A DNA stretch of 64,000 nucleotides from Felis catus (Eukaryota): assembly GCF_018350175.1 (NCBI RefSeq), contig NC_058373.1, positions 111,540,001 to 111,604,000 of the forward strand. The letters run 5' to 3'. How positions within the stretch are numbered: position 1 is the first letter of the stretch; every line of letters begins with the position of its first letter. Below are positions 53,903 through 64,000 of the stretch, in pieces. The notes under the pieces were generated by a model. It was not told where the DNA came from and did no database searches. It saw only the letters and a program-made list of their open reading frames with translations. The position numbers and the translations under genes are program-made.

Positions 53903-55723
53903 CAGTCAGTTCTGATTATCTGCATCAATTATGTTCCATAAAGTCACCATAATAAAGGACCTGAATGTGAGACAGGAAACTATCAAAACCCTAGAGGAGA
54001 AAGCAGGAAAAGACCTCTCTGACCTCAGCTGCAGCAATTTCTTACTTGACACATCCCCAAAGGCAAGGGAATTAAAAGCAAAAATGAACTATTGGGACCT
54101 CATGAAGATAAAAAGCTTCTGCACAGCAAAGGAAACAATCAACAAAACTAAAAGGCAACCAATGGAATGGGAAAAGATATTTGCAAATGACATATCGGAC
54201 AAAGGGCTAGTATCCAAAATCTATAAAGAGCTTACCAAACTCCACACCCAAAAAACAAATAATCCAGTGAAGAAATGGGCAGAAAACATGAATAGACACT
54301 TCTCTAAAGAAGACATCCAGATGGCCAACATGAAAAGATGCTCAACGTCGCTCCTCATCAGGGAAATAAAAATAAAAACCACACTCAGATATCACCTCAT
54401 GCCAGTCAGAGTAGCCAGAATGAACAAATCAGGAGGCTATAGATGCTGGAGAGGATGTGGAGAAACGGGAACCCTCTTGCACTGTTGGTGGGAATGCAAA
54501 TTGGTGCAGCCACTCTGGAAAACAGTGGAAACATTTTTCCACTCTGGAAAAATTTTTTTCCTCAGAAAATTAAAAATAGACCTAGCCTATGATCCAGCAG
54601 TAGCACTGCTAGGAATTTACCCAGGGGATACAGGAATACTGATGCATAGGGGCACTTGTACCCCAATGTTTATAGCAGCACTCTCAACAATAGCCAAATT
54701 GTGGAAAAAGCCTAAATGTCCATCAACTGATGAATGGATAAAGAAATTGTGGTTTATATACACAATGGAGTACTACATGGCAATGAGAAAGAATGAACTA
54801 TGGCCCTTTGTAGCAACATGGATGGAACTGGAGAGTGTTATGCTAAGTGAAATAAGCCATACAGAGAAAGACAGATACCATATGGTTTCACTCTTATGTG
54901 GATCCTGAGAAACTTAACAGAAACCTATGGGAGAGGGGAAGGAAAAAAAAATGAGGTTAGAGTGGGAGAGAGCCAAAGCATAAGAGACTCTTAAAAACTG
55001 AGAACAAACTGAGGGTTGATGGGGGGGTGGGAGGGAGGGGAGGGTGGGTGATGGGCATTAAAGAGGGCATCTTTTGGGATGAGCACTGGGTGTTGTATGG
55101 AAACCAATTTGACAATAAATTTCATATATTAAAAAAAAAAGTCACCATAAATACTGAATTAGTGAACCACTGCTCCTGTGTTCCTGTGAATCTCTGGTCA
55201 CAACTTTTTTGTCAACCAATCAACATATAACCTTGGATTATATGTGTTTCTGTTAAAAAAAATTTTTATATAATACATACTGTTGATTCATTAACATTGT
55301 ATTCCTAGCTTACAGCACTTACACTTGAATGAAGCTTATCTAACACACATATTTTCTCAGTGAGGCATATCACAGCTTTCCTGTGCTTAGGAACATTAGA
55401 CAGCACTTCACCACTACTCTTAGGGACCATTTTAAACAGTGGAGTTGTACACAACTGCATAAAAATGCAAAAAACATGGCATTGTATAGACTGCAAAAAG
55501 GATGTTTGTTCATAGCATGACAGCTTAAACAAGAAGGCAAAGTGCCACCTTGTTTGACCTCAGCTGAGAATTGTGTGTTTCAGGCAGCTCACATTTCTCT
55601 GTATTGCATGTGTCCACAAGTGACCCTGAAAGCTCCTCAAGTATTGATTTTGAAGTTACAAGTAAATTTTAGCTACTAGGCAAATTTGCAAATATGGAAT
55701 CTGTGAATAGTGAGGATCAGTTA
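53903..55723 (-). mobile_element. Tigger4 (Zombi/MER46)-like DNA transposon split by a young L1
   Basis: ta|cagtc.. left end; right end gcaaatttgcaaatatggaatctgtgaatagtgaggatc; sequence is continuous across the L1 TSD. Confidence 0.75.
53951..55140 (+). mobile_element. Young 5'-truncated felid L1 with open ORF2 C-terminus
   Basis: ORF 53931..54908 is the L1 ORF2 C-terminus ([18 protein letters not shown]); polyA; perfect TSD aaagtcaccataa. Confidence 0.97.
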
Positions 55724-55813
55724 CTTACAATGAACAAAGAAATACCCAACAAATTACAAATTTTTCGAAGTTGACAAGTACCATAACACCAAATTCCAGA
55801 AAAATTGACATTC

Positions 55814-55938
55814 CTTTTTTTTTTTTTTTTTTTTTTGAAGTAGGCGTCACACAGGGCTTGAACTCATGGCCCTGAGATCAAGACCTCAGCTGAGATCAAG
55901 AGTCGGACACTTAACCGACTGAGCCACCCAGGCACCCC
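55814..55938 (-). mobile_element. Short CAN-SINE variant lacking the CT region
   Basis: tRNA-like head joined to polyA; degenerate TSD agaaaaattgacattc/agaaaaagtgaaagtc. Confidence 0.85.
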
Positions 55939-57638
55939 AGAAAAAGTGAAAGTCTTATTAATTGTCTGACGTTCTGTATAAACTGTTTTCCCCATATTTC
56001 TTAGCTTATACTCTTCAATTATTATTTATTGGATTTTCTATAAAGTGAATTTATGATGATTTTGTAATATTTTCTATAAAGAGACTGGGAGAGATTGAAT
56101 TAGATATTTCTCTAAAATGGTTGATTAAAAAAGTTGTTTTTTAATTGATAATTTGTGATGCATAAAATTTGCTACTTTATGTATACATATCTCATGTTTA
56201 TACTGCTATAAACTTGGGCCATACAGACAAAGGAATTCATATACCTTCTATTTTATGTGATTCTTATCAAAAAAAGGAGAAAAGAATAATACATGTAATT
56301 GTTTAGGTACATTTTGAATTGCATATACTACATTTTTGAGGATATTAATGACAGAAGAGAACTTCTGTGTTGACCAGGCATTATTGAGAACTAACTCCAA
56401 TTCTGATTACCTGACACTTCCCATACTGGGTGCCCTGGGACCCATTCATATTGCAGTGCATCCCTTTGCCCTGTACATGTTTATGTCACAAAAATAATGG
56501 CACAAAAGTAATCCTGAACCACATAAATATATCCCGGTAGATCTAAACTCAGTGAATCCCCAGCTTAATTTTCCCATAGCAGGATCCCAGAAATGCTGAA
56601 GGCCACTTCATTGCCACCCAGTACTGTCACCGGGAAAGTGAGATGGGAGGGAATTCCAGGTGGGAAGAGACAGTTATCTTAACTCATTGTGGTCAAATTT
56701 TGCAATTTTTGCAAAAACATATGACCAGCTGAACACATTACAAAAGCCATCCTCCTCCCAGGGCCTTTGAAGGGACCTGTTCAGGGGAGGGTCCCTCCAA
56801 CTTACATTTCAGTAGCCCCACTCTGCCCCTAAGGAAGCCCTTCTCACTGAACTAGGAGGGAATCTTACATCCCTTAGACATGAGATTACCTGAGAACCAC
56901 TGATAATAAGAAGCCTGAAATAGAGACATATTGCAAAATCAGATGAAAAATAATAGATGCTGACTGCTTAAGACTGAGTGGGTTCTCAAGTACATAGATA
57001 ACACAGAAAGACTAGGTTGCCTCCAGTGAAAATTTTGCTTTATTTGATATTGGAACAGCAGCTTTCTGTTAAAGAATACCAACCTCTGACTAGGACTTTC
57101 ACTCTCCTTCAATCCTTAGAGTATACAGCACTTTCTCAAATTGACCAGACTATAATCGATATTCAACTGCTGTTCACTGACTGCCCACAACCTATGTGTA
57201 AGATGGCCATGCTTTAGGTGTAAGTCCTTCCTACTATAGACAGTAACAGAGTCCTTTCCAGTGAGTGTTTTGTGTTTGTTCAGTAAGCCTCACTACCCAT
57301 TCTTCCTAGGCTCCCACCTTTAATTGCTTAGCTTAGGACAGAGTATTGACTAAGAATGTAGGATCAAATAAGCCTTAGATATGATTCAGTGATGAGTCAT
57401 AAAAGCATACAACTACATCTATGCAGTCAATTAAAATATACAGATAGTTCTCATATTGCTTATAGTACTATAGTGGTTATTCTAAAAAGTGCTTGGGTGT
57501 TTGAGTGCTTGGATGTTCTGTGTAGAATGCCATCATGTTTTGACCTACCTAAACCAAAAATTCCAATTGTGATAACTATTTATCAGGGGGTGATGCGTGT
57601 GACTTGCACAGCTCATACCGCTTTAAAAACCCATCTGA

Positions 57639-57835
57639 GGGGTGCCTGGGTGGCTCAGTCAGTTAAGCGCCCGACTTCAGCTCAGGTCATGATCTCACAG
57701 CGCGTGAGTTTGAGCCCTACGTCAGGCTCTAGGCTGACAGTTCGGAGCCTGGAGCCTGCTTCGGGTTCTGTGTCTCCCTCTCTCTCTGCCCTAACCCACT
57801 TGCATTCTGTCTCTGTTTCTCTCAAAAATAAACAT

Positions 57836-57884
<49 letters not shown>

Positions 57885-57890
57885 AATAAA
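57639..57890 (+). mobile_element. CAN-SINE with (AAAT)n tail
   Basis: TSD aaaaacccatctgag. Confidence 0.95.
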
Positions 57891-59350
57891 AACCCATCTG
57901 AGAAAGGTTAGTACTCATTCTACTTTTTCTATGGAAAATTGAGCCATTCAAGTCATTACATTGGTGTTATACTGGGTTCAAGATTTGGATCAATTATTTT
58001 GAAAATAAGGTGATAAAACATCCAAATATCTGAAAGTCTCATTAAAGCCCCTTAATTGGAAGGTGAAAGGGAGGAGATATTTCTTCTTATTCTCCTGCTA
58101 CGTTAAGGGAAGTTGTGAAGATGAGTAATGTCTGTAAACTGTCACTTTTAAACACTCTGTATTTCTAGGTAGTAGGCAAAACTCTTATGAGGCAAGTGTA
58201 GGAGAATAAATTGAGGCTTAGAGAAGTTTGTGTAACATGCCTAGTAAATGGCAACAGGAAGAGGCAGAGTCTTAACTCCAAGCCTTTATATTCACCATTA
58301 ACAAGTGCTTTGAGGAGCCAGTATTTTGTTTGTTTTATTTTCCTGGTGCTTTGTTGAAGGTGACTAACAATATAAGCTTCAGGGCTGCTTTTAATATTGG
58401 CTGCTAAAGCCACATATCCTTGGCATCTGCCCATCATTAGCAACATAAGACATTACCACGGAAACCTTAAACAATTAGATTTCTCATGTATCTAGTTAGT
58501 AGAAGAAAGTGAAGTATAACTTTTAAATAACTAAATGAATAGAATCATAAAAGGTGATTCTACTTTGCCTATATTTGTTGTTTCCATATTTTAAGATGAT
58601 TTCTTCTTTGTCATTATAAGGGATTATCAATTATGGAAACACATAGAAATTTGCAAAAGTCAGTAGAGAATGTAACCTTTTTTTGAGGAATGAACAAATC
58701 TGAAGGAAAAAGGAGATACGGTAATATAAAATGGAAATCCTATGGGAAGTGTGTTCAGAAAGTTATCTTTGTCTTTAATCATAACAGTAGGCATGAGAAG
58801 TGATTTTCTTTCTCTGGATTATAAAAAGTTTAACTTAATTGTGGGAGAATGTAGAATGATGTGCTAATAAGTAGATTAAAATTCAGATAGAAGTTTGAGT
58901 AGAAAGCCTGATTTTTAACAGAAGAAATGTTATTTCCCCATTATACCTATCAAACATCTTTCTTTCCAGGTGGTACCAAATAAATATCACTTGCTCCTAT
59001 CCAGTTTTCACTATTGTTCCATACACAGTAGAGATATCCTTTAAGTATATCTATGGAGGAGGTAAATGTCCTCAGAAAGATGAGTCAAGATTTTAGCAGC
59101 TGAGACATTAGGAGAATACTCCTACTAGTGTAAGTAGAAATTAATGTGGGCATTGGATCCTAAGTGTATTGAAGAACGAAATCTATGTGTCTCACTAATG
59201 GTAAATAGGTCCAAAAGTTTTATTAAATCCGAATACAAAACAGCATATGATACAGGTTCCTATATCCTTAGGGAGCATGTATTTCTACCCATTTTGTCTA
59301 ATGTTGCCTCTCCTTTGACACCCTGTTTTTACAGATTTTATTAGCCTAGA

Positions 59351-59560
59351 CCAGAGGTCAGCAAACGACCAACCTCAGGCCAAATCTGTTTTTGTAAATA
59401 AAGTTTTATTGGAACATAGCCATGCACATTTGTTTAAATATTGTCTGTGACTGCTTTCAGTCTACAATAACAAAGTTCAATAATTGTGACAAAGTATATG
59501 GCCTGCAAAGCCAAAGATATTTACTGTGTGATCCTTTATGGGAAAAGTTTGCCAATCCTG
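59351..59560 (+). mobile_element. MER58A-like hAT-Charlie element
   Basis: cagaggtcagcaaac ... gtttgccaatcctg inverted termini; aataaagttttattggaac core. Confidence 0.85.
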
Positions 59561-61064
59561 GTTTAGACAGTGATAGAAATAATTCTTAAACATTCTTGCC
59601 TTATGTTTTCCTTTGCTTCCTCCTCCTGTTCCTTCAGCTGTATATGAGCTCTTGTGTGTATTTGATACATCAGCTTTCTGGGCATATGCCTTTGTCTGCC
59701 CCCTGCTGAAGTTCCTACCCCAATTAGTCTTTTTGGTTTTTTGTTTTTTTTGTTTTTGTTTTTTCATTTATGAGTTGAAGAGTTTTTACTGGCTAGATCA
59801 CGGGACTAGATACGAAGTATATGTAGGAACTCGAGAATATGCGTTGTGTGTTACAGACTTTGCTGTGTTATAGACTTTGGCCATATTCACTTTAGATCAT
59901 TATTAAAAGCACAGTGATCTTAAGATACAATAAGAAATACTGTTAATGATTATGAAGCTTTCAAATGCAACTTGATGTCTGCTTAAATATTAGGACATAT
60001 CTTGACTTATTCTGAATAATATCAGGTTCTACTAGATGGGCTCTGAAGCTTCTATGCTAATGAAATCAGTTTTTATTTTACTTTATCTTTGATTTCTTAC
60101 ATGTTGCAGGTAGGAAGGGAATAAGAGTAACTTTTTTTTTTTAGTTCATGATATTCTTCTCTTTTATTCTATAGTAAAGTTCTTCTGGGATATTTGGGCT
60201 ATTGCTGTCATGCTATCACAAGAGGCTCTAATAGAAAGATTAAGATGCAGATAGAAAAAGATGCGTATAGAGATTTCAATATGGAAAAGTAGGGAGTCAC
60301 TGATTGTATCTGAATGGATAGAGACAGGTCATTATTTTTACCATTTCTTGTTACTGTTTTCTCTCAACTATTTCATGTCTTTCCCATAGCTATTGCATCT
60401 TTTATTCCTCTCTCTTTTCATTGGCATAACTAGTGTTTATTGTCAGACAAAATACATCACCTATAAATATCCAACACTTTTATACGCACACACACCATCA
60501 TCTCTTTCATCAAGTTGCAGCATATCAGAGGCTATTTGGGATTGTTGGAAGAATTCTAGTTAACATTCTGCCGGCAAAATAGCCCCATAGCTTCAGGCAT
60601 TTCCCTTGCTCAGAAGTTGGTGGTTTTTTGTTTATTTGCATGTGTGGAGGTTTTGTTTTGTTTTGTTTTGTTTTAATTTATTTGTTTTGTTTTGAATTTT
60701 GGTCTAAATCCTCTTCCCCTGAAGTGATTAGAGTGGCTGTACTTGTCACGTTTGGAAATGTCAGGGCTAGTAGAGGAGGCCATACTGTGAAGCTGCACTT
60801 ATCATGAGAGATAAAGAGAGGTGGTTACAGGATGCCCTGTAACAGGGTTGGTTGTGGTTGTTTAAAGGGTTAGAGGCAGGATAGATACTACATTTGACTT
60901 GTAACCAAAAGACCTAGTGCCCTGCCCTTTGTACTTATATAATGGATGAAAAAGGAAATAAAGTCAGACCCTAAAAAAAAGCTTTTAAAAAGAAGGAATT
61001 TTACCTGTGTTCAAAGCCTACATCCCCTTGAGGCTTTGAATAGTCTTTTAAATGTTCACTATGA

Positions 61065-61221
61065 GGGGCGCCTGGGTGGCTCAGTCAGTTAAACATCTGT
61101 CTTTGGCTCAGGTCATGATCTCGCGTTTCACGAGTTTGGGCCCCGTGTTGGACCTTGTGCTGACAGCTTAGAGCCTGGAGCCTGCTTCGGATTCTGTGTC
61201 TCCCTCTCTCTGCCCCTTCCC

Positions 61222-61265
<44 letters not shown>

Positions 61266-61290
61266 AATAAATAAAACATTAAAAAGTTTT
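61065..61290 (+). mobile_element. CAN-SINE
   Basis: TSD aatgttcactatgag. Confidence 0.95.
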
Positions 61291-62199
61291 TTTCCAATGT
61301 TCACTATGAGAGTTCTTTTCTTCAAACATTATGTTTTCTTTTTACATAAGAAGATATAATACCATAGTGTTCTCAAGATTCAAATGATTAAAAAAATGTT
61401 GGTTTATCATTTTTAAAAGAAAGTTATACAAGCAGATGCCTCTGGAAACAAAAAGCCATCAGTTTGCCAATAAATAAGTAGCATTATAGATGTGAATTAA
61501 ATGTGTATTACATGAGAATATGTTGGACTTAAAATACAGGCTTCAGTTTCTGGATAAGATGTAGCAAACACATTATTACTGTATTCTTCCTGCTAAGTAC
61601 AATAACAACAAAAAATCCCGTACAATGTGAATCTTCTATGTTTGTTTATTTTTTTGTTTGTCTTGTTCCTATATATTCCAGTTGGAGGTGTTGGAGAATC
61701 TTCCAACCTAAAAATACTAATTGATGGGGCCAAAAAAGGCCTCATTTTGATTACATCTATTCTATTCCAAGAGAATGTCATGAAAAGGGTTGGCCCTTGC
61801 CCTTCCTGGTGCCATATCTGTGGAGCTTGAGCACATAGCCCTGTCCACCATACCTGCCCTGCAATAATGAGTGCACCCCTACCTTTCCCAACTGGCGTTA
61901 CAACTGCAGGGACTTTGGACAAAATCCGTCCACCATCACCTTCCTGTAATAATTAGGTAGTTCCATTCTCTTCACAACTAGAGTGGAAGGAGGATATGGA
62001 GGAAAGGGAGTTAGAGAACAGGATTTTTCTAATATGTACTTGAAATCCAGGGTAGACCTCTGAATATCACATGCGTGGAACTGATGAGGGTCAATGCAGA
62101 GAAAGGTCTGAGAACTGAACTCTGTATGATATACTACCTAGGCTTCACACTGGCTCTTGGTTAACCCACAAATGGGGCAGAACAAAATAACACTGAAAA

Positions 62200-63005
62200 A
62201 GCTTTAACAATTAAATTGACATTTGAGCCACAGCCAATAAAAGTGAGTTAAGAATCTATAGAGTTTGCTGTCTACTGAAATAGATCATTTAAATAGAAAG
62301 CAGAGTCTCATAACATAAGATTCACCATATATCAAGAACCAGGAAAATCTTAATTCAGATGACAAAAGATAATCAGTGGACAGCACACCGATATGGCACA
62401 GACGTTGGAATTCCTGGTAAGGATTTTAAAGAAGATATAATAACAAAAATGCTGCAATAAGCAATTACAGACTTGAAACAAATGAAGAAGAAATAGAAAG
62501 CCTTGGCAAAGAAATGGCGATATGAGGAAAAAAAAAAAAAAACAAGTGAAAATTTTAGAACTGAAAAATGCAGTAACCTAAGAAAAAACTGGCTTATGAT
62601 GGGATAGCTGTGGCAGGGGAAAGAATCAGTGCACTTGAAGTTAGATCAGGGGAAATTATCCAGTCTAACAACAGAGAGAACAAAGATTGGGGAAAAAAGT
62701 AAACACAGCCTCAGGGACCTGTTGGTTAAGAGTCCAAGGAGAGAAGTAAGAGTAAGGGATTGATGAAATTACTGAAAACTTCCTAAACTTGGCAAGCCAA
62801 CATATTCAAGAAGTTGAACAAATTCCTAACTGGAAAAACCCAAATAATCCATTTCTAGACACTTTATAAGTAATTTGTTGAAAACTAAAGACAATGGAAA
62901 AATTCTTCAAAGCAGTTAGAGAGAAGCAATGCATTACCTATGGTGGAACAATTTGATTGACAGTGGATTTCTCATTAGAAAACACGGAGGCCATAAAAAA
63001 GAAGT
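62200..63005 (+). mobile_element. Old L1 ORF1 remnant
   Basis: Degenerate ORF1 motifs (agcctcagggacctg, aaacttcctaaacttgg, aaaactaaagacaa..aaagcagttagag). Confidence 0.75.
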
Positions 63006-63010
63006 AAGAT

Positions 63011-64000
63011 ATTTTATTTTATTTTATTTTATTTTATTATTTTTTTTTATGAAATTTATTGACAAATTGGTTTCCATACAACACCCAGTGCTCATCCCAA
63101 AAGGTGCCCTCCTCAATACCCATCACACACCCTCTCCTCCCTCCCACCCCCCATCAACCCTCAGTTTGTTCTCAGTTTTTAAGAGTCTCTTATGCTTTGG
63201 CTCTCTCCCACTCTAACCTGTTTGTTTTTTTTTTTTCCTTCCCCTCCCCCATGGGTTCCTGTTAATTTCTCAGGGTCCACATAAGAGTGAAACCATATGG
63301 TATCTGTCTTTCTCTGTATGGCTTATTTCACTTAGCATCACACTCTCCAGTTCCATCCACGTTGCTACAAAAGGCCATATTTCATTTTTTCTCATTGCCA
63401 CGTAATATTCCATTGTGTATATAAACCACAATTTCTTTATCCATTCATCAGTTGATGGACATTTAGGCTCTTTCCATAATTTGGCTATTGTTGAGAGTGC
63501 TGCTATGAACATTGGGGTACAAGTGGCCCTATGCATCAGTACTCCTGTATCCCTTGGATAAATTCCTAGCAGTGCTATTGCTGGGTCATAGGGTAGGTCT
63601 ATTTTTAATTTTCTGAGGAACCTCCACACTGCTTTCCAGAGCGGCTGCACCGATTTGCATTCCCACCAACAGTGCAAGAGGGTTCCCGTTTCTCCACATC
63701 CTCTCCAGCATCTATAGTCTCCTGATTTGTTCATTTTGGCCACTCTGACTGGCGTGAGGTGATACCTGAGTGTGGTTTTGATTTGTATTTCCCTGATAAG
63801 GAGTGACGCTGAACATCTTTTCATGTGCCTGTTGGCCATCCGGATGTCTTCTTTAGAGAAGTGTCTATTCATGTTTTCTGCCCATTTCTTCACTGGGTTA
63901 TTTGTTTTTCGGGTGTGGAGTTTGGTGAGCTCTTTATAGATTTTGGATACTAGCCCTTTGTCCGATATGTCATTTGCGAATATCTTTTCCCATTCCGTTG
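63011..64000 (-). mobile_element. Young felid L1, 3' end with open ORF2, continuing beyond the window
   Basis: ORF 63270..63893 is nearly identical to the L1 at 53951; (TTTTA)n tail. Confidence 0.97.

Larger units (their letters stand above)
53794..56825. mobile_element. Old hAT-Tip100-like (Zaphod/MER115-like) DNA transposon hosting nested insertions
   Basis: Both ends resemble remembered hAT-Tip100 termini (cagagatggattcag.. and ..agggcctttgaagggacc..ccactctg). Confidence 0.45.

Noticed and set aside
53931..54908. 325-aa ORF, the longest in the window, as a host gene
   Set aside because: It is the C-terminus of L1 ORF2 in a 5'-truncated copy; the start codon is a fortuitous flank ATG.

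Overview
Mammalian genomic DNA from a felid, judged from the CAN-SINE/SINEC_Fc-type SINEs and cat-type L1s. It is not prokaryotic. The whole window lies inside FUT8 (alpha-1,6-fucosyltransferase, + strand). Three internal coding exons are present (34206-34321, 34437-34599, 43117-43231) and splice in frame to give IPEGPIDQG...RRITYLQ. The first coding exon and the catalytic-domain exons lie outside the window. The rest is repeat-rich intron: about 24 CAN-SINEs, young and old L1s, two ERV-type solo LTRs, MaLR LTRs, DNA-transposon fossils, and a decayed COX7B processed pseudogene embedded in an old L1. The most interesting signals are three candidate alternative N-termini for FUT8. One is an intronic ATG-to-GT segment encoding a signal-peptide-like leader in frame with the next exon. 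One is an open, hydrophobic 115-bp intron. One is the apparent ortholog of a human alternative first exon that lacks its splice donor here. A SINE insertion also appears to have duplicated a splice donor. Repeat subfamily names and human comparisons are from memory, not from searches, and repeat boundaries are approximate. No wholly new biological system is demonstrated.
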